Shown here: positions 44,898-54,111 of the stretch, in pieces
How positions within the stretch are numbered: position 1 is the first letter of the stretch
How the letters are laid out: each line of letters opens with the position of its first letter
Assembly: GCA_050732875.1 (NCBI GenBank)
Contig: JBOHRQ010000008.1
Span: 1,384 to 65,383 of the forward strand
Length of the DNA stretch: 64,000 bases
DNA from: Gemmatimonadota bacterium
GTDB taxonomy: Bacteria > Gemmatimonadota > Gemmatimonadetes > JACCXV01 > JAHWKZ01
Direction of reading: 5' to 3'
Translations under genes and position numbers: made by a program
The notes under the pieces: generated by a model
What the model was told of the DNA's origin: nothing
The model's database searches: none
Seen by the model: only the letters and a program-made list of their open reading frames with translations

Positions 44898-45160
44898 AGC
44901 CCTGGCGGGTCGTCTTCACCCGCCAGGCTCGAAAGGACGCGAAGAAGCTGACGGCTGCGGGGCTGAAGCCCAAGGCCGAGTACCTGCTTGACATCCTTCG
45001 CAGAGATCCTTTACAAAGCCCGCCCCCGTTCGAAAAGCTCCTCGGCGACCTGTCGGGAGCGTATTCGCGCCGTATCAACGTGCAGCACCGTTTGGTCTAT
45101 CAGGTTCTCGAAGCCGAGAGAACCGTCAAGGTTCTGCGGATGTGGACGCACTACGAGTAG
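44894..45160 (+). CDS. yoeB: Txe/YoeB-family toxin (mRNA interferase)
   Basis: GTGA overlap with yefM. 'WRVVFTRQARKDAKKL', 'LSGAYSRRINVQHRLVYQV', 'VKVLRMWTHYE'. Confidence 0.85.
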   Translation: MKPWRVVFTRQARKDAKKLTAAGLKPKAEYLLDILRRDPLQSPPPFEKLLGDLSGAYSRRINVQHRLVYQVLEAERTVKVLRMWTHYE

Positions 45161-46167
45161 GAACGTCGGGGAAACCCTCTCTTCCAGACCCCCTCCATCA
45201 GCATAAGACCTCGCTTGATCGACCTCGTGGCATGCGACGCTTGCGACTCAAAATCATTCCCTCGCGGAACGCGAATGGAAACGCCGTTTTCAGACAGTTG
45301 GATGACCTGGAGGAGAGATGACTGGTGCAGCAGCATGGAATCCTTGCTATAGGTCAAGGACGCCCACGGCATGCCCATCGAGCGTAGCTTTCCCTTCACC
45401 CCGCCTGCCGACTTGCTGGATCCCTGAGATGATTCGAAAAGGTCAGTGAAAGGAAGGTACGTTCTCTTCTTTCGTTGCTTACGAATGCGGTCGACCCATT
45501 CGGAGAGATCGAGGTCCTTGATCAGCCGCTCGGTCATGGCCCTCCGCGCATCCAGGGCCTTTTCATACCGCTCGCGGTCCAATTTTGCCTCCGCGTCGCT
45601 GACGATCTCGATCTCGCCCAACTCTCGTTCGTGATGCTCTCGATAGGGGCCCATGGCGCGAACTAACTCGCGCTGCCAGCGATAGTCGAACAGCATGTCA
45701 AGCATGCCAGGTTCGAGGCGATTCTCCAGTAGTAGAACATCCTCTTCCAGACACCAGGCGCAGTAAGCTTTCAGGCGATCGCGGATTTCCTCCGGGGGTT
45801 CATCCACAGGGATGTCAGCGAAATCCCGGCTCTCCGGATCGCCACCTCGCCAGCGCGGGTTGCCGATGGTTCCGATGTGAAGCTCAAGTTCAAAGAGCGG
45901 GCGGTTGAGAAGATCGAGCAGTAAAGAGCTCTCTTCCCTGAGCGCACTGCGCACGGCGCTCAGCAAGAGGAAATGCTTCGCCCAAAGGGCATACCATCCT
46001 ACCGAGGGGCCGCTTATGGGCGCCTGCTTGAGGAACTGCGCGATTCGGAAAGACCATTCGCTGGCCTTTAGCAACTCGCGCTCGAGACCTTCCGTGTTCT
46101 GTAGCTTTTCCTCGAGTTTGGATCTGTCCCACGGCGGGATTACGAAATCACCAGGAATGGGCGTCAT
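45151..46167 (-). CDS. hypothetical protein (338 aa) in a low-GC island
   Basis: ATG 46167 ('MTPIPGDFVIPPWDRSKLEEKLQ'). GC is visibly lower than the flanks. No recognisable domain. Confidence 0.5.
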   Translation of the reverse strand: MTPIPGDFVIPPWDRSKLEEKLQNTEGLERELLKASEWSFRIAQFLKQAPISGPSVGWYALWAKHFLLLSAVRSALREESSLLLDLLNRPLFELELHIGTIGNPRWRGGDPESRDFADIPVDEPPEEIRDRLKAYCAWCLEEDVLLLENRLEPGMLDMLFDYRWQRELVRAMGPYREHHERELGEIEIVSDAEAKLDRERYEKALDARRAMTERLIKDLDLSEWVDRIRKQRKKRTYLPFTDLFESSQGSSKSAGGVKGKLRSMGMPWASLTYSKDSMLLHQSSLLQVIQLSENGVSIRVPRGNDFESQASHATRSIKRGLMLMEGVWKRGFPRRSYS

Positions 46168-46204
46168 CCCGCCCACTCGTACCTGAGTGGCACCATCACC
46201 GTGG

Positions 46205-47125
46205 CTATTCCCCGCGCTCAGGCACGAGGCGTGCTGCGCGAACGAACTCGGCCAGGTCCTGGTTGAACCGGTCCGGGTCCTCGAAGAACGGGGCGTGGCC
46301 GGAGCCCTCATAAACGAGCAGCCTGGCGCCGGGGACGGTCCCGGCGATGTGCTCGCCCGAGCTCAACATGACGACCCGATCCCCTCCGCCGTGGACGACG
46401 AGGGTCGGCACGCCGATCGAGGCGAGCACATCGTCGTTGTCGAGCTGGCGGCTGAAGAGCGCGAGCCGTACCTCCGGCGGAATCATCATAGCGCTGGCGA
46501 GGGCGATATCGAAGGTTTCATCGTCCATCGGCTGCGCGGTGATCAGACCCAGGAAAGCGCGGGTCGCGTCGATGCTGGTGCGGACGTCTGTGGAGAACAC
46601 GCCGCCCATCAGTTGCAGCAGCTCTTCCCCGAGATCGGCCTGGGCTTCCTCAGTCCCGGCTCTGGACGACACGCCCACGAAGACGATGCCGCCGAGCGCA
46701 TCGTCGCCGTGCGAACGCAGGTAGTCGGCGATGACGTAGCCGCCGTAGGACCAGCCCACGAGCACGGGTCGCTCGATCGCCCTGGCCTCGATCACCGCGG
46801 CGATGTCCTCGGCCCACAGGGCGGAGTCGGTGTAGGCTGCCGCGTCCAGCGGCTTGTCGGATGCGCCATGCCCGCGGAGGTCGAGCGCGACCAGCCGGAA
46901 CTCGTCGGCCAGAGGCCCGGAGAATTGCCGCTCCCAGGTGAGGTGGTTCTGGCTGAAGCCGTGGATGAACAGGATGGGCGGTCCGTCCGGGTTGCCGGCT
47001 TCGTAGATCGCCAGATCGAGCCCGCCGCCTCCGGAGATCATCTCCGGGCCCTGGGCGTGAGCCTTCGACCCGGCCGCGAGCGCCAGGCTCACCGCCAGCA
47101 TCGTCATGCCTGCCAGCCTGTGCAT
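46205..47125 (-). CDS. secreted alpha/beta hydrolase
   Basis: GGAAGGGAG then 8 nt then ATG. Signal peptide. 'ILFIHGFSQN', nucleophile elbow 'GWSYGG', 'LVVHGGGDRVV', 'GHAPF'. Confidence 0.8.
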   Translation of the reverse strand: MHRLAGMTMLAVSLALAAGSKAHAQGPEMISGGGGLDLAIYEAGNPDGPPILFIHGFSQNHLTWERQFSGPLADEFRLVALDLRGHGASDKPLDAAAYTDSALWAEDIAAVIEARAIERPVLVGWSYGGYVIADYLRSHGDDALGGIVFVGVSSRAGTEEAQADLGEELLQLMGGVFSTDVRTSIDATRAFLGLITAQPMDDETFDIALASAMMIPPEVRLALFSRQLDNDDVLASIGVPTLVVHGGGDRVVMLSSGEHIAGTVPGARLLVYEGSGHAPFFEDPDRFNQDLAEFVRAARLVPERGE

Positions 47126-47163
47126 GGATTCTGCTCCCTTCCGTTCGCGCACGACCGCGGAGG

Positions 47164-47631
47164 TCAGTTTCCCTGGCCACCGCCTTCATCCAGGTACTGG
47201 ACCGTGAACGGACCCTGGCCTTGGACGTCCACGATCACCTCCTCCTCGCCGGTGTAGGGGCGCATCGGGATCCCTGCAGGAAGGGCCACGAAGGCGCCGG
47301 GTCCGAAGCTCCTGGCGGCCTCCCGGCTCAGGTCGTCCCCGTAAGCGAACAGCATGGTGCCGGAATACACCGTGACGATCTCGGCCCCGCCGTGGGTGTG
47401 CGGGCGTCCGGCCCAGTTCGGCGGCAGCTTGAAGCGGAGCACGTAGTGGCCCTCGGCAGCCGGATTGCCGTAGAGAACGGCCATGAGCGATCCATCGTCC
47501 CTTTCCTGCCAGGCAAGCTCGCCCGGCTGGACGGCGACGATGCCCGCTGCGGCGCTGTCCTGTCCATGAAGAAGCGCGGGCGTGGGAAAAAGCAGAAGGA
47601 GGGCGATGAGAGCGCGAAGGAAGAGTTGCAT
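47164..47631 (-). CDS. secreted cupin-domain protein
   Basis: Signal peptide. 'GRPHTHGGAEIVTVYSGTMLF' is a cupin motif. Paralog of 51879-52406. Confidence 0.65.
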   Translation of the reverse strand: MQLFLRALIALLLLFPTPALLHGQDSAAAGIVAVQPGELAWQERDDGSLMAVLYGNPAAEGHYVLRFKLPPNWAGRPHTHGGAEIVTVYSGTMLFAYGDDLSREAARSFGPGAFVALPAGIPMRPYTGEEEVIVDVQGQGPFTVQYLDEGGGQGN

Positions 47632-47704
47632 GTTACCTCCTCGGCAAGAGAATCATCGCCACTGATAACATCGGCTCTGGAAACGAGCAAATCGCAGGGC
47701 GCGC

Positions 47705-48913
47705 CTACTCGTACCTGAGCGCCACGATCGGATCGAGCCGCGCCGCGCGATTGGCGGGCCAGAGACCGAAGAAGAGTCCGACCACCCCCGAGAACAGGAC
47801 GGCCAGCCCGATCGCTAGGGCCGAGACGTCGGTGTTCCAGTTCGCCGCGCGGGAAAGCCCCACCGAGGCCCCGATCCCGATCCCGATACCGACCAGCCCA
47901 CCCAGGACGCACAGGACCAGCGCCTCCAGCAGGAACTGCACCAGGATCGCCCGGCGGGTCGCACCCAGCGCTTTCCGGACGCCGATCTCGCGGGTCCGCT
48001 CGGTGACCGACACGAGCATGATGTTCATGATCCCGATCCCGCCCACGATCAAGCTCACCGCCGCGATCCCGGCCAGCAGCCAGCTGAAGGTGCGGGTCGT
48101 CTCCTGCTGGGTTCCCAGAAGCTCGGTCCGGTCCTGGATCCAGAAGTCGTTCTCGTCGCCGACCCGCAGCCGGTGCTGGCGACGGAGGACCTGCTCGATC
48201 TGAGCCATCGCCGCGGTCATCATCGCGGGATCGGTCACCGACGCGTTGAAGCGGTCGATCGTCTCGTCCCCCTTGATGCGGAAGCGCGCCGTCTGAAGCG
48301 GCACCAGGATGACCTCGTCCTGGTTGAACCATCCGGTGCCGCCCTTCTCCTCGAGCACGCCGACGACCTCGAACGGGATGTTGTCGATCCGGATCGAGCG
48401 CCCGACGAGCTCGACCGGCTCGGCCGCCAGGACCTCGGGCACGGCGCCTCCCAGGACCGCGACACGGCGCCGTCCCTGGTCCTCCTCGGCGGTGAAGAAG
48501 CGCCCCAGCGCCAGCGGGAAGCGGTTGACCTCGGGATAGTTGGCCGTCGTGCCCATGATGCGGACGTTGGCGTTCGTGGCGCCGTTCTCGACCTGCTCGC
48601 TGCTCGTCATCTCCGGCGCGACATCCCTCACGAGCGGAGCCCCCCGGACGACCGCCTCGGCGTCGTCCATGGTGAGGTCGGCTTCCATGGAGCGGGCGCC
48701 TCGGAACCATCCCTGCCCGGGACGTATGGTGAGAACATCGGTGCCGAGCTGGGCGATCTGCTCCTGGACGGCACGCTGGGCGCCCGAGCCCAGCGCCAGC
48801 ATGGTGATCACAGCCGCCACGCCGATGATGATCCCCAGCATGGTGAGGAAGGATCGCAGCTTGTTGGCGCGCAGGGAGTCGAGCGCGACGCGGATGATCT
48901 CGAGGAGCAGCAT
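47705..48913 (-). CDS. ABC transporter permease, FtsX/MacB family (no fused ATPase)
   Basis: 'FLTMLGIIIGVAAVI', a periplasmic domain, and C-terminal 4-TM FtsX with 'ERTREIGVRKALGA'. Confidence 0.85.
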   Translation of the reverse strand: MLLLEIIRVALDSLRANKLRSFLTMLGIIIGVAAVITMLALGSGAQRAVQEQIAQLGTDVLTIRPGQGWFRGARSMEADLTMDDAEAVVRGAPLVRDVAPEMTSSEQVENGATNANVRIMGTTANYPEVNRFPLALGRFFTAEEDQGRRRVAVLGGAVPEVLAAEPVELVGRSIRIDNIPFEVVGVLEEKGGTGWFNQDEVILVPLQTARFRIKGDETIDRFNASVTDPAMMTAAMAQIEQVLRRQHRLRVGDENDFWIQDRTELLGTQQETTRTFSWLLAGIAAVSLIVGGIGIMNIMLVSVTERTREIGVRKALGATRRAILVQFLLEALVLCVLGGLVGIGIGIGASVGLSRAANWNTDVSALAIGLAVLFSGVVGLFFGLWPANRAARLDPIVALRYE

Positions 48914-48921
48914 CTACGATC

Positions 48922-50382
48922 CTACTGTCTCTGGACGCCGGGGATCCCGCTCCGCTTCCGGACCCGGTCCAGCATCTCCCGCTGCTGGATGAGGGACTGG
49001 GGAACGATGACGACCTGATCGCCCTCCGCGAGCCCGGAGACGATTTCGGTGCGCTCCCACGTGCTGAGGCCGATCGTCACCGGATGGAGCACGAGGCGCC
49101 CCTCGCCGTCGCGCTGGAACACATAGCCGGGCCGGTGCCGACCTGGGTTCCGGCGGGCTGCCGTGACCTCCTGCTCGCGGGCGGAGCCCGCCCGCTGCAT
49201 GAGCTCCCGCCGCTCGGCCGGGGTCAGGCTCTCGAAGTAACGCCGGCGCTCCTCGGCGCTCATGTTCCGCAGCCGCTCCCGCAGCTCCTGTCCACCTTCC
49301 CCATCCTGCGCGGGGGTCGCCTGTGCTGGGGCCGCCTGGGCGGTCCCAGATTCCGTCGATTGCCCGTCCGCCTCGGGTGTGGGGGACGGGGGGGTCTCCG
49401 CGCCCGCTTGGCCGGGGGCGGGCTCCTCCGCGGCAGGCTCCGGAAGCTCCAGGCCGAGGGCCTCGGCGAGCTGACGCGCCTCGTCCTCGGCCTTGACCGC
49501 CCCGTTCACCAGCGCGAGGACGTCGTCCTGGCGGCCGGTCACCATCTCCACGTCGGCGTTCATGCCGGGACGAAGCAGATCCTCCTCGTTCTGGATCCGA
49601 ACGAGGACGGCGAACATGGTGACGTTCTGCTCGACGACCGCCTGCGGCTCCACCATCAGGACGCGGCCGCGGAACTCGCGGTCGGGGTAGGCCTCGACGC
49701 GGATCGTCGCCGGCAGCTCGGCGGTGATCGAGCCGACGTCGGTCTCGTCGACCAGGGTCCGCACCTGGACTTCGGAGAGGTCCGCCATTCGGACCAGGGT
49801 GGTTCCGCCGGTCACTTCGCGCGTGGAGGTCACGATCTGACCGTCCTCGACGTTCTTCTCGACGACGATGCCGCGGATCGGGGCCCGGACCACGACGTCG
49901 TTCAGCCGCTCGCGGGCGAGCTGCAGATTGGTCCGCGCCTTGACCAGGTTGGCCTGGGCGTCGGCATTCTCGAGGATCGCGCCCTCGAGCTCCTCGTCGG
50001 TGACGATGGCGGAGTCGTGCAGGGACTGGACCCTCTCGAGCTGGCGCTCGGCGACCTGCATCCGCGCCTGGGCGACCTGAAGGTCGGCCTCGGCCTGATC
50101 GTACGCGTTCTGGACATCGCGCGGATCGATGCGGACGAGAAGGTCGCCCTGCTCCACGCGGTCGCCGAGCTCGACCGCCACCTCGAGGATCTCCCCAGAC
50201 GCCTGCGACTTGACGTCGATCACCCGGATCGGCTCGACGGTCCCGGTGGCGGCGACGCTGGAGACCAGGTCCGTGCGCTCGACCGTCGCCGACTCGAGGC
50301 CGGTCTGAGCCTCGTCGCTGGAGCCGCCGCAGGCCATGAGCGCAGCCAGCGCGACCGCGGCGAGGATCGCCCGCATCCTCAT
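48922..50382 (-). CDS. macA: efflux periplasmic adaptor, HlyD/MacA family, with Pro/Ala/Glu-rich C-terminal extension
   Basis: ATGA overlap with tolC. Lipobox 'LMACGG'. Coiled-coil, lipoyl and beta-barrel motifs ('VRAPIRGIVVEKNVEDGQIV'). Confidence 0.85.
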   Translation of the reverse strand: MRMRAILAAVALAALMACGGSSDEAQTGLESATVERTDLVSSVAATGTVEPIRVIDVKSQASGEILEVAVELGDRVEQGDLLVRIDPRDVQNAYDQAEADLQVAQARMQVAERQLERVQSLHDSAIVTDEELEGAILENADAQANLVKARTNLQLARERLNDVVVRAPIRGIVVEKNVEDGQIVTSTREVTGGTTLVRMADLSEVQVRTLVDETDVGSITAELPATIRVEAYPDREFRGRVLMVEPQAVVEQNVTMFAVLVRIQNEEDLLRPGMNADVEMVTGRQDDVLALVNGAVKAEDEARQLAEALGLELPEPAAEEPAPGQAGAETPPSPTPEADGQSTESGTAQAAPAQATPAQDGEGGQELRERLRNMSAEERRRYFESLTPAERRELMQRAGSAREQEVTAARRNPGRHRPGYVFQRDGEGRLVLHPVTIGLSTWERTEIVSGLAEGDQVVIVPQSLIQQREMLDRVRKRSGIPGVQRQ

Positions 50383-51689
50383 GGCAGGCTCGTCCCGAGC
50401 AGGGCCTCCAGCCGGGCCAGGCCGAGCGCGTAGTCGAAGCGCCGCTGGACGAGGTCGACCTCGGCCTGGCGGAGCGCGATCTGGGCGCTCTGGAGGTCGA
50501 GGATCGTCGCCAGACCGAGTCGATAGCGCTCTTCGGTGACGCGTAGGTCCTCGCGCGCCAGCTCGACGGTCTCCCGGGCCAGGTCGAGGCCAGCCGAAGC
50601 CAGATCGATCTGGCCGAAGGCCTCGTCGGCCTGGGCGCGGAGCTCCAGCTCCACGCTCCGGGCCGCCGCCTCGGCCGCCCGCGCCTGGGCGCTGGCCCGG
50701 TTCACCGAACTCTCGCGGTCGAATCCGTCGAAGAGTGGATAGCTGGCCTGGAACGACAGGCTCCAGCTGTTGTCCTCGGGCGGGAACTCGTCGTTCCGCC
50801 ACGCCTGGCCGAGGCCCATGGACAAGGTCGGCAGATACGCCGAGCGGGCGCTCGAGACGCCGACCCGCGCCGCGTCCGCGGACAGCCGCGCGGCAGCCGC
50901 TGCCGGGCTCGAGTCGACCACGCGCTCCACGAACTCCTGCCGCGCCCAAGGGACCGGCTCCAGAGCGAGCTCGGCCTCCGGCTCGGGAGCCACCGGCTCG
51001 TCGAGACCGATCGCCGCGGCGAGTTGGAACGAGGTCTGGCGCACCGCGTTCTCGGCGGTCAGAACGGCCAGCCTGGCGTTGTTCAGGTCCACGCTGGAGC
51101 GGAGCTCGTCGGACCGGGTGGCGCTCCCCCGCGCGACCATCTCGCGGACGAACGCGAGCTGGTCGGTCTGGCGCTCGAGCCGGTCGGCCTCCACCCGGGC
51201 CAGGTCTCGCGCGGCGACGGCGGCGTAGTAGGAAGCTTTGACCTGAAACCGGGTTGCAAACTCCTGCTCGAGAACGGCGGCGTCTTGGGCGTCGAGCCGG
51301 AGGGCGGAGGATCGCAGATCGCTCGTCCGCCTGAGGCCGGTGAAGATGTCGTACGAGCCGGCGAGCTGGAGGGTGTGGCTGGTCTGCGAGATCGACTGGC
51401 CGATCGCGTCCAGGCGCCCCTGATTGGAGTGCTGGTAGCCGTAATTCAGCCGCACGCTGGGCAGGAAGGATCCCCAGACCCCCAGCCGGTCGGCGCCCAC
51501 GGCGGCGCGGTCGGCGCGGGCGATGTCGAGCTGGGGGTTTCGCTCGAGCGCGATCGAGAGCGCCTCGTCGAGCGAGATCCGGCGCGGCTCCTGCGCGCCG
51601 AGCGGGGCGGCCAGGGCGAGTATCGCGATCCCGCACGTCAGCCCCAAACGCCAACCTGGACAGGATCTTCGGTCGTTGGGAAAGGTCAC
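50379..51689 (-). CDS. tolC: TolC-family outer membrane channel
   Basis: Signal peptide and two TolC repeats ('LDEALSIALERNPQLDIARA', 'RYRLGLATILDLQSAQIAL'). Confidence 0.8.
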   Translation of the reverse strand: MTFPNDRRSCPGWRLGLTCGIAILALAAPLGAQEPRRISLDEALSIALERNPQLDIARADRAAVGADRLGVWGSFLPSVRLNYGYQHSNQGRLDAIGQSISQTSHTLQLAGSYDIFTGLRRTSDLRSSALRLDAQDAAVLEQEFATRFQVKASYYAAVAARDLARVEADRLERQTDQLAFVREMVARGSATRSDELRSSVDLNNARLAVLTAENAVRQTSFQLAAAIGLDEPVAPEPEAELALEPVPWARQEFVERVVDSSPAAAAARLSADAARVGVSSARSAYLPTLSMGLGQAWRNDEFPPEDNSWSLSFQASYPLFDGFDRESSVNRASAQARAAEAAARSVELELRAQADEAFGQIDLASAGLDLARETVELAREDLRVTEERYRLGLATILDLQSAQIALRQAEVDLVQRRFDYALGLARLEALLGTSLP

Positions 51690-51878
51690 AATAGCTATGG
51701 ACGGGTAAGAGGAGTCCCTCGTTAAAGTCTCGATGACCGACCATGTACGCGGTGAGCGCCGGGTCCATTCCCGGTTCGAAGTATGGTGGGCGAATCGATG
51801 CCTCGCAAAGTCACCTCAAAAACAGAGGCCGAAGCGCGATGGCTCCGGCCTCCGTCTGGACCATCCTTTGTCGCGGCT

Positions 51879-52406
51879 TCAGCGTCCCTGCGGCGCCGCG
51901 CCCTCCCCGGCGGCATTCCGCGGATCGTCTTCGGGGTTCACGTAGTTCAGGCCCCACATGCCGCTGCCATGGACCTGGATGATGGTCTCACCCTTGGACC
52001 ATACGAAGTGAGGCGTCTCCGCCGGCAGGACGACGAGGGCGCCGGGGCCGAGCTCGCGCCCGGCGGCAGGGTCCAACGTCTCCCCCATCCCGATCCCGAA
52101 GGTCCCCGAGAGCACGGTGACGCTCTCGACGAGCGGGTGCCAGTGCGGGGCGACCCGGTAACCGTCGGGAATCTTGACCCGGAACACGAACGGTCCTTCC
52201 TTGGTGAGGTCTCCGGCGAGGACCGCGATCTCGGCTCCGCTGGGGAGCACTGCCGGGGCCGGCTGCCAGGCGATCTCTGAAGCGTCCAGAATGACGTGGG
52301 TCGCTGCGGCAGTGGCGGTGGCGGCCTCCTCGGCCTCCTGGGCGATCGCCGGCCCGGCGATCAGCACGAGCGCGAAGGCGAACAGCGCCCTTCGAAGAAC
52401 GCTCAT
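51879..52406 (-). CDS. secreted cupin-domain protein (paralog)
   Basis: ATGA overlap with the upstream gene. 'VAPHWHPLVESVTVLSGTFGIG'. Confidence 0.65.
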   Translation of the reverse strand: MSVLRRALFAFALVLIAGPAIAQEAEEAATATAAATHVILDASEIAWQPAPAVLPSGAEIAVLAGDLTKEGPFVFRVKIPDGYRVAPHWHPLVESVTVLSGTFGIGMGETLDPAAGRELGPGALVVLPAETPHFVWSKGETIIQVHGSGMWGLNYVNPEDDPRNAAGEGAAPQGR

Positions 52407-53125
52407 CGGTTCTGGTTCTCCTCTCCTGGTTGACGCGGCCCGGCCTCCGGTAAGCCCGGGAACCCGAGGACGACTCCGCCAGAGAGTTCGAGGTGCCCCA
52501 GCGTGGAGCCGTCCTCGCATCGGAAGCCGTCCCGGAAGATATCCTCCCGGCAGGGTTGGGAAAAGGCGCGCAGATCCGCCCGCAGGCTGATCAGCCGGTC
52601 GAGCCTCACTGATCCGCCGATGCCAAGCCCGAGAAGCAGATCCGTGAACGCGGGGTCGTCGCTGGCCGATCCGTCGAACGTGATCCCTCCGATCGCGCCG
52701 GAAAGAAAGAGGTTCGTTCTCTCGGTCCGCCGCAGCGCGTACGTGAGGGCTCCATAATAGAGATGCGCGTTGACGTTGAACGGAACATTCTCGGTATCCG
52801 TGAACGTCGCGCCGGAGCCTTCCCTCTGATCGACCGGAACGGGCACGCCGGGGCCCGATTTGATCGGCGAGGCCCCGTACGTGACCTCCAGGCCCCACGG
52901 ATCGCGCAGCGTCATCGACAGGCGCGCCCCGGCGACGACGGTCGGATCGCCGTTCGCGAAGCGCCCCTCGCATCCCCCATCCTCCCAGTTGACGCAGCTC
53001 CCGTCGAACCAGAGAGCGCCGAGGTAGGGACTGAAGCCGACATCGGATTGCGCGCTGGCGGAGGCGGGCAGGGCGGCCAGCCACGCCGCCAGCCAGAGAC
53101 CGGCTCTCCCGCAGCGCCATGTCAC
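52403..53125 (-). CDS. outer-membrane beta-barrel domain protein
   Basis: GTG 53125. Signal peptide 'LAAWLAALPASASAQS'. Alternating beta-strand pattern. Ends with a Gly/aromatic-rich barrel. Confidence 0.5.
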   Translation of the reverse strand: MTWRCGRAGLWLAAWLAALPASASAQSDVGFSPYLGALWFDGSCVNWEDGGCEGRFANGDPTVVAGARLSMTLRDPWGLEVTYGASPIKSGPGVPVPVDQREGSGATFTDTENVPFNVNAHLYYGALTYALRRTERTNLFLSGAIGGITFDGSASDDPAFTDLLLGLGIGGSVRLDRLISLRADLRAFSQPCREDIFRDGFRCEDGSTLGHLELSGGVVLGFPGLPEAGPRQPGEENQNR

Positions 53126-53133
53126 GTTACGCG

Positions 53134-54111
53134 CTACGCCTCTCCGCGATAGATGTCGATGACCGTCCCGATGAACTCCTGCGACTCGTCCCACGGGCGC
53201 TGGAACGTGTTGCGGCCGATGATCGAGCCGTAGCCGCCGCCGTCGCGGATGCCGCGGATGTCCTCGTAGAAGGCCACCTCGCTCGCCTTGGAGCCTCCCG
53301 AGAAGATGACGATTCGCCGGCCGTCGAAGGCGGCCTGAACGACGTGCTGCACCCGTTCCGTGACCGAGGACCGGGGGATCTCGAGCTCCTCGTAGGCCTT
53401 CTTCGCCTTGTCCTGGTAGAGATAGTCGGAGGGGAGCTTCACCTTGACGACATGGGCTCCCATCTGACAGGCCAGGTGGGCGGCGTAGGCGATGACGTCG
53501 AGTGCGGTCTCGCCCTTCGATTCGGTGATCCCCGAGCCCCTGGGGTACGACCACACCACCACCGCGAGGCTGGCCGTCTTCGCCTCCTCGGCCAGAAACT
53601 GCAGCTTCTCGTACATCTCGGTGCAGTGCGCCGACCCCGGGTAGATCGTATAGCCGATCGCCACGCAGCCGAGTCGCATGGCCGCTTCGACCGACCCCGT
53701 GACGGCCGGCATCGGATCGCCTTCGTCGTACAGGAGGTCGTGGTTGTTGACCTTCAGGATGAGCGGCAGATGTCCCGCGTAGTTGCCGGCGATCGCTTCG
53801 ATGAAGCCGAGCGGCGCCGCGTAGCCGGACATCCCGGCGGCCAGCGCGAAGCGCGGGTGGTACTCGGGATCGTAGGCCGGCGGATTGACCGCGAACGAGC
53901 GGTGCGGTCCGTGCTCGAAGCCCTGGTCGACGGGGAGGATGACCAGCCGCCCTGTGCCGGCCAGACGCCCCTGAGTGAGGAGCCGCCGCAGGTTGGCCTT
54001 CGTGCCGGAGTTGTCGCTCGGGTAATAGGAGAGGATCTCCTCGACGCGTCCGCCGACGACCTCGCCGGTCGCCGGCTCCGCGACCGCGGCGGCGTGCTCG
54101 TGATGGGTCAT
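53134..54111 (-). CDS. fbaB: class I fructose-bisphosphate aldolase (DhnA/FbaB type)
   Basis: 'LVILPVDQGFEHGP', 'GAHVVKVKLPS' (Schiff-base Lys), 'IVIFSGGSK'. Confidence 0.85.
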   Translation of the reverse strand: MTHHEHAAAVAEPATGEVVGGRVEEILSYYPSDNSGTKANLRRLLTQGRLAGTGRLVILPVDQGFEHGPHRSFAVNPPAYDPEYHPRFALAAGMSGYAAPLGFIEAIAGNYAGHLPLILKVNNHDLLYDEGDPMPAVTGSVEAAMRLGCVAIGYTIYPGSAHCTEMYEKLQFLAEEAKTASLAVVVWSYPRGSGITESKGETALDVIAYAAHLACQMGAHVVKVKLPSDYLYQDKAKKAYEELEIPRSSVTERVQHVVQAAFDGRRIVIFSGGSKASEVAFYEDIRGIRDGGGYGSIIGRNTFQRPWDESQEFIGTVIDIYRGEA

